DNA from: Vicugna vicugna
Lineage: Eukaryota
Assembly: GCA_013265495.1 (NCBI GenBank)
Contig: MU058065.1
Span: 9,403,720 to 9,467,719 of the forward strand
Reading direction: 5' to 3'
Length of the DNA stretch: 64,000 nt
A program made the translations under genes and the position numbers. The first letter of the stretch is position 1. Every line of letters begins with the position of its first letter. The notes under the pieces are model-generated. The model saw nothing but the letters and a program-made list of their open reading frames with translations. It had not been told where the DNA came from and ran no database searches. This document shows positions 12,411 to 24,521 of this stretch, piece after piece.

Positions 12411-15400
12411 CCAGACTGGAGCCCAGTTGTCTGGCTTCCTCGTCTGGGTGGTGTCACTAACTCACTCCAAGCCCGACTTTAAGACCAGCACAGATGTCAC
12501 CTCCCCTGGAAGTGGGAAGGGAAGTGGATCTTCTGGGAAGCCTTTCCCACTCCCCTCCCCCTGGGGGGGTCTTACTAGAAACAGCGCGCCGTGGGCTTTG
12601 AGCAAGCGCACCGATCGTGTACCACCTTGCTCGGTCTTTAAATCCTGTGCTGCTTCTTTGTGGTCATCCTCACTTCTCCTTGGCCTCTTCCCTTGTTCTT
12701 TTCTGTGCTTCTATCCTCTCGTGTACTCATTTTGGGTTCCCAGGATCACACACCCACCCTCAGCCTTGCCCTTTATCTCCCTTGGCCAAATTCTGGCGGC
12801 CCCACTGTCCACGCAGTCACTCCCCGCCATTCCCTGGGGCCCACTGTACTGGCTCTGCAGAAGACACCACTTGGGTTTCCATTTCTATCCAACCTTTGAT
12901 CCTCTCCAAAGCTCTTTTTATAGCCTGTAAATTGCATTTCCTGTTTCCTCTCAAATTTTGAAATTAGGCAGTGTAGGCTGCCCTGGGTGTGGTGCTCTGA
13001 AAGCAGGGCTGCCACGACTGCCTGTGCCTACTCCTCCTGCCGTACAGCAGGGAGGGACAATCAAGGTTTCTTAGACACCTAGAAGCCCCGCAAGGAGCTC
13101 GGGTGAGCACAACTTGGGGAGCAGGGGTGTGCCGTGTGGCCTTAGAAGTGCTTGGCCATTGCAAAGTCTTGCTTTGAACCCACGCTCTAAAATGTAAGCA
13201 AAGGGAAAATGCCAAAAGAGCAAGCAGCCTCATCAGACTTGCCGGCTGGGAACAGACTGTGTCAATGACTGTCCCCCGTTCAGCCCTGCATTGGCTGTGA
13301 CCTAATGCCCCACAAAGCAGCCCTGAATCCAATGCCTGATAATGGTAATGAAAAAGAAAATCTCGGTTTCCCCAATTAGAGGTTAAAATTCGGATCTGGA
13401 GCCATGAGTTCAGGAGGAAATACGACATGATATTTCATGAGCCACAGAGACTATTTTTTTCTTCGGGGAAGAAACCAGTTCTTCGGAAACCAGCTATGGG
13501 AGGCAAATTGCCTTTTGAGGTCTTGTTTCAATTCCTGGCTCAGAGAGTCTGTGACTCATAACCACAGTCTTCGGCCTGAGCCCGGGCAGCAGTTCGGAGC
13601 TGGGAAGGGAGGTTAGCGCTGGAGGTGAGTAACCAGCATCCAGCTGAGGTAGCGGAATCTGGTGCTGCTAATGAGAAAAGATGACTCCTGCCTTTTCTTT
13701 TCCACAAGCGTGAGGTTTTCTTTGGCAGATTTTCATCCTCTGCATGAAATGGTAGACTTGCCTCTCCTGACGTCGTTTCCACAGATGTAGAATTATAGAA
13801 TGTTAGAACTAAAATAATAGAAATCTAGAACTAAAAATTTCCTTAGGGATCATCTCCATCTTCTCAAGTTATATATAGAGAAATTAAGGTAAAGAGACCA
13901 GGTGACTTACTTTGTTAATAAAAACCTGGGTTTAGGTCTGAGTCCAGGGTTTTTGCTGTGGAAACCACAAGGATGTCTCCATGGGCCGCTGGGTGGGGTG
14001 GAATAGAGTAGAATATTCTTTTGTGGACAACACTTTGTTGACACTTCTTTCGAGGTTTGGCAACGTTCTGATAATCAGTGACATTGAGCAAAGACAATGT
14101 CTTCAGTGCCATCCTGGAAAAAATAGGAGAATAAAGACCAGTGAACAGAGAAGCTTATGGAGTGATTCAGAACTTGAGCTTGACCGGGGCACAGATTTCA
14201 CATTCTCAGCCTGCACGAGATTTGAAAGGCACAGGAGAGGCAGTGGCTCTTACTTTCTGAGGGTCTTTCAGGGTCACACGTGGTGACAGACAGACAAAGC
14301 TTGTCCTCGCTCTGCTCTGCCTCCAGACCCCTGGCCCTGCTGACTGACAGCCCCAAGCCCACCGCCAGATGCCAGACAGCAGACCCACAGCAGTAGCAGA
14401 GGCAGAGCTCCCGGCCACTTGGTCACAGCCCCACCTCACAGTCCCCTTCCAGCCCCTGGAGCATGATTAACCCCTCTGACTAGTCAGTGACGACTCATCC
14501 TCCAACTCGTCCTTTCACACCTTCGCTTCTCCAGCTGCTCCCACACCTGCGTGAGGTCTAAGTCCTAGAAGAGGTCCTCTATCCTGGAGCACACAGAGTG
14601 ACTCCGCCCCTCTGACGGAACCCAGAGTGATTCACGCCGGATCTCCAGGAAGGATGAGCCTGGGGTGCCACTGCCTTTCCTGCTTTGGTAATCCGCCACG
14701 AAGCCCAGGTGGCAAAGGAGGAAGCAGGAAGCGCTCTTACTGTGTGCAGGCAGATAGACATTGTCAGCACATCCTGGTAAGACTCCTCAAGTGATGAAAG
14801 AATTTCCCTGCCTCTGTCAGTGAAGAACTGTCAAGGAGGTTGGAGGAAACTGAGAGCTGCACATCCTAGTGGGCCATCCACGAGGACAGTGGTTTCAGGC
14901 GAAAGTCCTTCCTAAACCTTTGCAACGCCTCCAGCCCTCTCCCGTTCCTGTTCTCCCCTAAAGAACTGAGCTGCACTGTAAGATTTTTGATATCCTTGTT
15001 GTCTAATTGATCTACAGAGCTGAAGACTGGCTTCCATAATCTATTCTGACAGTTCCCGTTTCCAGAGCCTTTGGGGGCTAGATAAGTTGTGAAAGTCAAT
15101 CTTAAAAGGTCTATGATTAACTGAACTTTTCCAACCCCTATGAAATACATAATCTGTAGATTCTCACATTATTGTTTTTCACCCTGTCATTCAAAAACAT
15201 GACATGATAATGGTAAAAAGTCAGAGTATCATTTGAATAAACATCCTGAGGCCTAAGGAAAAACTCCCCAAATTTGAAAACTACTCAGCTCACCACGTTT
15301 CAGCTGAACTCTAAATGGTAAAGGAAGGATGTGACTACATCTGACAGTGGACAAGTGATTTTTTAATAAAAATTTCCCTCTTTTCTCCTTTATTGGGCAA

Positions 15401-15654
15401 TGCAAATGTTCCTTTTAAATTTGTGCATTGATTTCTCTTTTAATAGCTAACTTGGCAGTTCCTGAAAACACTGATGGACAGGTTGTTAAACAGATGTTAC
15501 AGGAGAAACAATTCTCTGGTCAAATACAGCGTGGGAAATACTGGCTTCATTCAAAAAAAAGGGACACAGAGTAGCTCCTTGTCTCCAGAGCTGTGCTGAA
15601 CACTGAGCAAAATGCACCTGGTCCCAGCACAGTTAATTTGCTTAATGACTAATC

Positions 15655-18600
15655 TTTACACATCTCTCCATGTGCTTGTGTGTCACTCATATGTCTTTTT
15701 GGGTGAAGTGTCCAAATCGTCTGTCCATTTCTAAAAGTTAAGTAGTTTGTTTTCTTAATGTTGCATGTTTAAGGTTCTTTATAAATTCTGGATGTAAGTG
15801 CTTCGTCAGACATGTTTTGCAAATATTTCTCCCAGTCAGTGGTTTATGTCTATGAATTTCCTTAATTGTGTCTCTCAAACAGCAGAAGTTTTAAATTTGG
15901 ATTAATTCCGGCTGATCAGTTGTTTTCTTTTATGGATCATGCTTTTAATATGGTATGTAAAGATGTTTTGCCTAATTCGAGATCAGAAAGATCTTTCTCT
16001 GACATTTTCTTCTAAGAAATTGATAGTTTTAGATTTAACATTTAGATTTATTAGATCCATATTTTTATATGGTGCATGATATGGGTCAAAGTTTTTCTTT
16101 TCCCCCCATATAAAAGTCCAATTGCACATCACAATTTGTTGAAAATGCTATTCTTTCCCAATTAAATCACTGCATTAGGGTTTTCCAAGACATAGAACTG
16201 ACAGGGTATATGTATATGTTATATATATTTATATGTTTGTATTATGTATAAAATACATATCATTATTTATTATAAAGAATTGGCTAGTGTAATTATGGAA
16301 GCTGAGAAGTACTGCATCTGCAGTCCATAAGCTGGAGCCTCAGGGAAGCTGTGGTGTCACTCCAGTCCGAGTCCAAAGGCCTGAGAACCAGGAGCACAGG
16401 TGTGTTAAGCCCCATTCCAAGAGCAGAAGACCAGTGCTTTCACTCAAGCAATCAGGCGAAGAGAGAAAATTCTCCCTTCCTCTGCCTTTTTGCTCTTTTT
16501 CAGTCCCTGAATAGACTGGCTGATGCCCACCTACACTGAGGAGGGCCATCTGCTTATCAGTCTACCCATATAAATGTCATCTCTTTGAGAAATGCTCTCA
16601 TAGACACACCTAGAAATGACGTTTAACCAGATTTCTGCACTCTCTGTTCTGTTCCATTGATCTCTCCTTTCACTAATACCACCTAATCTTGGTTAATGTT
16701 GCTTTATAGGAATGCTTAAAATTAGATAGTATAAGGTCTCAAAACCTTGTTCTTCTTTTTCAAAATTGTTCTGGCTTTTCTAGTTTCTTGTCTTTTCCAT
16801 ATAAAGTTTAGTATCAGCTTCTCTATTTCTACAAAATATCCTTCTGTGATTTTGATTTAGCTTGAAACTTTAGATCAGTTTGGGGAGAATTAATAACAAT
16901 ATTGAGTCTTTGAGTCTATGAGCACAATAATATCTTCATTTAGGTCTTTTTGTTCTTTCGTCAGCATTTTGTGGTTTTGACTATACAAATATTCCACATA
17001 TTTTGTTAAATTTATACCTAAGTATTTTTGGTTTTCAATGCTATTGTAAATGGTACCTTTAAAAAGTTCAATTTCCAATTGTTCATTGTTGGTATACAAA
17101 TACATTGATTTTTTTTTTTGATATTGACTTTGTAGAAAATGCAAACTTGCTAAATTCATTCATTATTTCTAATACATATTTGGAGAATTTGGGGGGGCTT
17201 TCTATGTAGATAATCATGTCTGCAAATAGACACAGCTTTATTTTTTCCTTTCTAATCTACATGCCCCTTTTCCCCTTGCCTTATTACAGTGGCTGGAACC
17301 TCCAGTAGGACGCTGGTAGGAGTGGTGAGAGCAAATATGCTTGCCTTAGTTATGATCTTAGGGGGAAAGAAATCAGTCTGTCACCGTTAAGTAGGAATGT
17401 TAGCTATAGGTTTTTAAATGATGTCCTTCATCAGATTAAGAAGTTTCCCTTAGTTCCTAGCTTGCTGAGTGTTTTTAACATGAATAGTAATTTTGTCTAA
17501 TGCTTTTTCTGAACTTATTAAAATGACCACAGAATTTTTCTTCCTTAGTCTTTTTTTTTTCTTCCTTAGTCTTTTGATGTGATGAATAGTATGATTGGTT
17601 TTCAAATATTGAACCAACATTGTATTCCTGGGATTAATCCCATTTGATATGACGTATTATTCTCATTACTGGATTTAATTTTCTGATGTTGTTTTGAGGA
17701 TTCTTACTCCCATGTTTATGTGGGATATTGATCTGTAATTTCCTTGTCTCATGATGTCTTTGTCTGCTTTTGGTATCAGGCAATGCTTGCTTCAGAAAAT
17801 TATTCGGGAAGTATTCTCTTCTATTTTCTGGAAGAATTTGGAATGATTGGAATTATTTCTTCTTTAAGTATTTGGTAGAACTTGACAGTAAAGACATATG
17901 GACCTCAAGTTATCTTGGTGGAAATTACTTAACTGCGAATTCGTTTTCTTTACTAGATACAGAATTATTCATGTTATCTATAATTTTTCAAGCAAGCTTT
18001 GGTCCGTAACTTCTTAATTGTCAAATTTATGGGCACCAAAATTGTTGGTAATATTTCCTAGTTATCCTTATAATATCTAAAAGATCTGTAGCAAGGTCCC
18101 ATAATTCATTCCAGACATTAGTATATTGTGTTTACTCTTTTTTCTTGATTTTTGTTGATCTTTTCAAAGAATCAGCTTTTGATTTCCTTGGCTTTCTTTA
18201 TTGTTTTCCTTTAACTTTTCTTGTGGACAGAGCTGCTAGTCACAAATTCTCTAAGCTCTTTTATCTGAAAACATTTTATTTCACCTTCATTTTTCATTGG
18301 GTGTGGAATTCTGTGTTAATAGTTTTTCTTTCGGAACATTTAAAAATGTCACTTCATTTTCTTCTGGTTTGTATAACTGTCTTCAAGATTTTCTCTTTAT
18401 CTTTGGATTTTAGCCGTTTGAATGGTTTTGTTGTTGTTGTTATTTATTGGAGTTTTCTAAGCTCCTGGATCTGTGGTTGATGTGTTTTATTATTTAAAAA
18501 AATTCTCATCCTTAATTTCTTCAAATATTTCTTCTTCCTGGCTTGTAGTCTCTTCTCCTGGAATTCCAAAGACATGTTTTTTATGTCCATTTAGATTGGC

Positions 18601-19500
18601 CCATAACTCCTGCATGTTCTGGATTTTTTTTTCCAGTCTTTTTGTGTTTCAGTTTGGGTAATTTCTGTTGATCCCTCTTCAAATTTACTGATTCTTTCCT
18701 TGAGTCTACTGACAACCCACTAAAGTTACTGCCATTTCTGATACTGTGTTTTCTATTTCTAGTATTTCCATTTGAGTTTTTCAAATAGTTTTCTCCTCTC
18801 CACTGAAATCCTATAGATTTATTCACATTCTCCACTTTTACTGCTACGTGTTGACATATTGATTACAGTTATTTTAAGTTCCCTGTCTGATATTCTGCCA
18901 TCTCTGAGTCTGGCTTTGTTGATTACTTCGCCTTGCAGTTTGTTTTCTCTTGCCTTTTTCTTCCCCTCTTTGTAACTTTTGCTTGAATTCTAGACATAAA
19001 TTATAGAACAGGAGATGCTGAGGTAAATTGAATTCATCCCTCAAAATGAACATGCCTCTTCCGCTGGGCCATTAATGTAGGGAGCTGACGCATCCTAGTC
19101 CATATTTGACTGGGGTTGGATTGTATCGTTGCTGTGGTTACTAACTTTAAATTTATTTAGCATTATCCTGTGCTTAGGGTGGAGACTGGGTGGCTGGCAG
19201 ATATTTCTCAGTGCTCTTTTCTTCGCCCTCAACTTCTGTCTTTGTGTACCTGTACCTCAGGGTGGCTCTATCTCCATGCCCTTATCCCCCATCAGTAAAT
19301 GGCTGGTGCTTATTATTAGGTACTCGATAGCCTTGTGGAGGTGGGGATCAGTGGGTGATTCTCTACTGTCTTGATCGAACCTCAGTCTTATGTAAACTTT
19401 GTCTCCTGGATCTTTTGTTTTGTTTTTTGATTAAGAAAAGGACCCCCAAGCAGGCCTGGATGTGTGAAGATGGGACAGAAAAGCAGCTGGATTTCTCTGC
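15655..19500 (-). mobile_element. Ancient fragmented L1M (ORF2 through ORF1/5' region)
   Basis: ORF 16890-17159 contains KYLGINLTKYVEYLY (L1 ORF2 motif KYLGINLTKEVKDLY); continuous T-rich antisense L1 sequence; interrupted by MLT2. Confidence 0.88.
16171..16637 (-). mobile_element. MLT2 (ERVL) LTR nested in L1
   Basis: TGCATTAGGGTTTTCCAAGACATAGAAC, TA-rich tract, TTATTATAAAGAATTGGCT..ATTATGGAAGCTGAGAAGT, GATGCCCACCTACACTGAGGAGGGCCATCTGCT; one end deleted. Confidence 0.9.
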
Positions 19501-19659
19501 CTATGAAATTGGAAGGACCTGATATTCCTGTTAGTAGCTTAGAGTGAGAGATGTGTGGAGATAACAGAAAGAGAAAGATGATGGCACTTTTAGCTAGATT
19601 ACATAAAGCTAAGGAAAGTGTCACTTCCACCATAATAACAAGAAAAAGCTTTCATGAAG

Positions 19660-20230
19660 GGGAGTTTGGGGAAGGAGTGGGGAGCTAGATTGTGTGGGGA
19701 CTGTGGCCATTTTGAGGACTGGTTTCTAGACGAGAGAGTTTTGAGCAGAGGAGGAACAGGATCTGAGTTACAAGAGGATCACCCTGACTGCTGTGTTGAG
19801 AATAGACTGCTGGGGGCGAGGGAGAAGCAGGAGCACCTATTGGCAGCCTAACGCAGAGACACAGGTGAGAGGACCAGGTGGGTGCTACACGGGGCAGGGC
19901 GGGAGCGGTGATGTAGCCTGGCACACATTGTTAAGGCTGAGCCAGTGCGACATCGTGAGGGAAGGGATGTGAAATGGGAAAGAAAAAGCGCAGTAATGAT
20001 GACTCCAAGTTTTTTGTTCTGAGCAGCTGGAAGGACGGAGTTATCATCAACTGGGATGGGAAGGCTGTGGGTGGAATGACCTGGGGGCCAGGGTGCAGAG
20101 GATCAGAAGTTCAGTTTTGGAGAGGCAAGTTGGAGATGCCTTTTAGACACCAAGAAGAGCTATCTCGTCGCAGCTGGGTGTGTAAGCCTACAATTCGGGT
20201 GAAAAGTATGGGTTGCAGATATAAATGGTC
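19660..20230 (-). mobile_element. L2a LINE fragment
   Basis: GAGTTTTGAGCAGAGGAG, GATGACTCCAAGTTTTTTGTTCTGAGCAGCTGGAAGGA, AGTTCAGTTTTGG..AGTTGGAGATGCCT. Confidence 0.85.
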
Positions 20231-20509
20231 TCTAGAGGAAGCAGCAGCTGGCAACAACTTTTGCTTTAAATCGGAGTTTGGGGGATCTTTTTTTCCCACT
20301 TCCTGGTATAAGGCCTCCAAATTAATAAAATCTTTTGATGCTTTCCAAAAGCAAATGTAATTTCACACATTAAAACACATTTTTTTTCCCTGAGAGATTT
20401 AATCAAGATAAAGCAGCTTAGTTAAGAAAAAGAATTGCTAACAGAATTAAGGATCCTTAATACATTTGTTCATTAACCTTCTGTCTTCCTGGCTGAGTTG
20501 TGAAAGTAG

Positions 20510-20840
20510 GCAGGATGTTGAAATATTAAGGGTGTGAGCTCTGACATGAGACCAAGGGTTTGAGTCTAGGTTCCACCACTTATTAGCTGTGTGGAACTGG
20601 CAAATTATTTAATCTCCATGAACCTCACAGTTAGGAGTAATTATAGAACCAACTGTCAGTAAAATTAAAAAACAAAACAAAGCACTTTACCTAGCATCTA
20701 TCTGGGTGCTTGGTCATTCATTCATTCGTTCATTCATTCATTCAGCAAATAGCTATGATGGCCATTATGTGCTAGGTTATGAGCATTCAACTATGAACAC
20801 TACAGACTGTCTTTGGACCTTATGGAATTTTCAGTATAGG
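20510..20840. mobile_element. MIR (+) followed by L2 3' tail (-) with (TTCA)n
   Basis: GGGTTTGAGTCTAGGTTCCACCACTTATTAGCTGTG; TCATTCATTCATTC..CAGCAAATA. Confidence 0.7.
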
Positions 20841-20864
20841 AAGCAAGTAGTTTATAAAAGAAGA

Positions 20865-21610
20865 AGTTAGAATATCCAGAAACTTGTGAAAACCTGCTCC
20901 ATTTCCCTTATGGGGGAAAATGCAGTTTAAACTCACAAGGAGATATCACTTCAAACCCACTAGACTGAGAGGGGAAAGAAAAAGTAATAATACCCAGGTT
21001 TGGTCAGGGCAATGGGAAAAACAAAAAAGCCTTTCTTCAGTGAAGGTGTGAATTCAACTGTACAATCATTCTAGAGATCAACTTAACACTATCCAATGAA
21101 GTGGAAAACGCACATCCCCTCCAACCCCAAGGCTCCACCACTAGGACTGCGCACCAGGGAAACTTTTACACGTGTGCTCGGGGTGGCGTGCTCAGGATAG
21201 TCCCTGCAGCACTTGTCGTGACAGCCAAAAAGTGGAAGCAACCTTAATGTCCATCAGTGGAGGATGCAATCAACCCAATAATATTCGGGATTTTTAAATG
21301 CACAGACTCCCTAGGTCAATGTGCATAAATCTCCCAAGAAAGATGGGTAAAAAAGCAAGTTCCTAAGACATTATCCTTTGTCAAATTTAAACACCACACA
21401 AAACCATATTATATGTTCTTATGTAGTAAGGTATTAAAATATACATGGAAGGATATGTCCAAGTGTGGCTCCCTCTGTGGAGGAGAAAGAGGGGAGATTT
21501 AGCTGCATCCGTGGTCATTTATCTCCTGGAAATAAAAAAGAAGCAAACAGGACAAAATTATCAAATCCAGGAGCTTACACAATTGGCTGTTATTCTTGGT
21601 ATTTTTGAAA
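20865..21610 (+). mobile_element. Ancient L1ME 3' region
   Basis: GAAAATGCAGTTTAAACTCACAAGGAGATATCACTTCAAACCCACTAGA; AGCCAAAAAGTGGAAGCAACCTTAATGTCCATCAG. Confidence 0.75.
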
Positions 21611-21634
21611 TATCTCATAGATAAACATTTTAAA

Positions 21635-22085
21635 AATATTATTATGGTAAAAGATATACTATGTAAAATTTACCATTGTAACCATTTTTAAGTGTACAGT
21701 TCAGTGGTATTAAGTCCATTCACACTGTTGTACATTCATTACCATCGTCCATCTCCAGAACTTCTTCCATCTTCCCAAACTGAAACTCTGTAGCCGTTAA
21801 ACCCTAACTCCTCATCTCCCGTCCCCTCAGCTCCCGGCAGCCACCAACTTTCTGCTTTTATGAATTTGACCACTCTAGGTACCTTGTATCAGTGGAATCA
21901 TACTGTCTTTGTCCTTTTGTGACTGGCTTAAAATAACGTCCTCAAGGTTCATCCGCATTGTAACACACATCAGAATGTCCTTCCTTTTTCAGGATGAAAA
22001 CTATTCCATAGTGTGTTTGTACCACAATTTGTTTATCCATTCATCTCTCATTAGACACTTGGGTTGATTCCGCCTTTTGACATTT
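21635..22085 (-). mobile_element. L1MB-type 3' end
   Basis: AAAATTTACCATTGTAACCATTTTTAAGTGTACAGTTCAGTGGTATTAAGT..CCATCTCCAGAAC..CCAAACTGAAACTCTGTA. Confidence 0.88.
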
Positions 22086-22250
22086 GAGACATAATTGAAC
22101 ACTTTAAATCAAAACAAAAGAAATTAATAAATAACAGGATGTTATAGACAGAGAAGGTAAAAATAAAACAAATTTTTACTCAGTAATAATACCTGGAGAT
22201 AAGCTTTTACCACATTGAGTCTATATCCACTGATCAAGGTGCAGACATGA

Positions 22251-22346
22251 GGGGAAAGGTATATAGCTCAGTGGTAGAGTGAATGCTTAGCATGCACAAG
22301 GTCCTGGGTCAGTCCCCTGTACCTCCATTAAAAAAATAAGATAAAT
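22251..22346 (+). mobile_element. Vic-1 SINE (short form)
   Basis: TATAGCTCAGTGGTAGAGTGAATGCTTAGCATGCACAAGGTCCTGGG..ACCTCCATTAAAA. Confidence 0.92.
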
Positions 22347-23095
22347 CCATGGGAACAGTGACACATGTGAACGTTGTGTGAGTGCCGCCTGTTTCAGAGT
22401 TGAGGAGGAGCCTCTGTCATTCACAGGGCAGGGTGGCAAGGACAGTCCACACCAGCCGCTGTCTCCGGAGTCAGAGGCAGGGCTGGCCACTCTAAACCCT
22501 GGCTCCTGCATCTGCCCCTCCTGGCGCTGCTTCTCCCTCCACATATGATGTTCTGGCTCAAGCCGAACAGCTTTCTTCTCCTTGAAGCTGCTACAAGCCA
22601 AGAAAAATATCAGTCCCAGGCAGTTGGCAAGTGGTAAGTACTCTGACTGAGGCACATTTTGTACCCCTGTGCCAGTGAGCAGGTTGCAGTTGAGGCAGTC
22701 CCAAACCCACCCAATCCTTGTTCCCAGCCCCCATGCCTTTTGGGCATCACACCCCATCACTGCTGCCCACCTGTGTGGTTCCAGGTGCCCTCCACCAGGG
22801 GTTTTTCACACTGTTTGAAAGCATTCGACTGCTCCCTCTCCACCAATGTTACTCAGAATTGCTTTAAATTACCTAGGAAGGAAAAAAACGGAGCTGCTCT
22901 GTCTGCATAAGGGGTAGGGACTGGGTAGGTGTGAACCTGGGGGACCCAAACTTCAGTGCATCTGCAGGGAAGCCCTGCATAAGACTAGTGACTGGAAACT
23001 CCAGCCTGAAAGCCCACTGGCATATGGAGACACAGGAAAGGAAGAGGATTCTAATCTTACTCTTGTATGTAAGGACAACTAGCTATTCTGGTTGA

Positions 23096-23146
23096 TGTGT
23101 GTAAATGTGTGTGTGTGTGCGTGTGCCTGCGTGTGTGAGCATGTGC
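23096..23146. repeat. Imperfect (TG)n microsatellite
   Basis: Directly visible. Confidence 0.8.
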
Positions 23147-24351
23147 CTGCTTGCATAAGAGGGTGAGATCTGACTGCCAGAGCCCACTCCACACTTGCAT
23201 TGTGGTCTCTTAGAGATGTCCTCTACACACTTAGGGCTCCTCAGGGAAAATTTGAAAATCCCTGACTTATCTGACCTCACTTACCCCTGATGACACTCTG
23301 CAGTCCAAGTGTCATCCTTCCCACATAACAAAGGGTAAGATCCCACAGCTTGGAAGTGATGGAGCTAGACAGGTTTCTTCCTGAGACCTGAACTGATGTC
23401 TTTCGTCAGAGACACAGGCACAGCCGTAACATGAAGGGTAGAGGTTTCTGGGAACCGTGAGAACTGCCCCCAAGCGAATCGTCCCTGGTGCTGGGGAAGC
23501 CCACTCTGGCGTGCAGAAACAAAGCCAAGCGTAGCTGCTGGGGAAGCAGGTCATGCTAGGATTAGTGCTCAGTTCCTGGGGAATGGCTCTGTGTTTAGAT
23601 CTCTCCTCCTCCAGTTCCTGATCCCCTGGGCTCCTCACCCTCTTCCAGCACAAGCTGCCAGAGGTCTGGTAGAAAACCCAGGACAGAGGGGTGAGCACCA
23701 GTACCTGGCTTCCACCCCCCAACCCCCATCCCTGCTGCCCTCCAGGTGCCAGGCTGAGCTCTGGCCCCGGGGTGATAGGGAGGGGCTGGCTGTATGGGGA
23801 CTCAGGAGAGAGCTAGAGAGCAGGAAGGAGTGAGAAAAATGGAAACTGTGCCATAGCAGGATGAGGGCGATTGGTGGGATGGGGGTGCCATGTGCCAAGC
23901 TGGGAGATGCTAGTGGCTTTTGCTAAAAGGTCTGCTTGGGAGCCAGGTTTCAATTTAAGTCTCTCTCTCTAGACAGGACCCTTTTCTTTAGCAGCAAGGT
24001 GACCAATAAAGGTAAGAACATGCAAACGGACCTCCAGGGTAAGGCCAGAAAGAAAAACAGGGACTTTCTCAGACCCAGAGTTAACGTCTCCAGCTGGGTG
24101 AGGAGGCCAGCAGAAGGGGAGACCCTGTAGAGTAGCCCAGGGGAATGGAGCAGAGGAAAGGAAGACATCCAAGGTCCAGAATCTCCTAAGTGAGCGCTAA
24201 GCCAGTTAAACACAGGCCCCAGCAGAGCTCCCTGCCAGGTCTGGCCAGAAACGGGCCAGGTTGCAGGGTCTGCAGGGTGGAGGCAACGCCCACCTGGGAC
24301 TACAGCTCATCAACCCCGTACACTGGGCTTGTGAAAGTCCTTTCACCTTCT

Positions 24352-24353
<2 letters not shown>

Positions 24354-24389
<36 letters not shown>

Positions 24390-24521
24390 TATATTTTGTT
24401 TGTCTTGGGGGAAGGTTATTAGGTTTGCCTATTTTATTTTTTTTATTGGAGATACTGGGGACCGAACCCAGGACCTCAGGCGTGCTAAGCACTCGCTCTG
24501 CCACTGCGCTGTGCCTTCGCC
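24354..24521 (-). mobile_element. Vic-1 SINE, GC-shifted, 35-nt pure A tail
   Basis: Reverse complement aligns to the other Vic-1 copies including AAACCTAAT.ACC; T35 at 24354-24388; TSD core CCTTCTCC at 24346-24353 and 24526-24533. Confidence 0.9.

Noticed and set aside
12400..13428. Longest ORFs (176 aa and 154 aa)
   Set aside because: They overlap in several frames in moderately GC-rich DNA, with no recognisable domain or exon structure; consistent with chance.
16890..17159. Reverse-transcriptase-adjacent peptide
   Set aside because: Decayed L1 ORF2 with stops and frameshifts on both sides.
22251..22325. tRNA-like sequence (also at 11405, 24450, 26777, 40183, 53657)
   Set aside because: SINE heads with A-rich tails and TSDs and degenerate cloverleaves; Vic-1, not tRNA genes.
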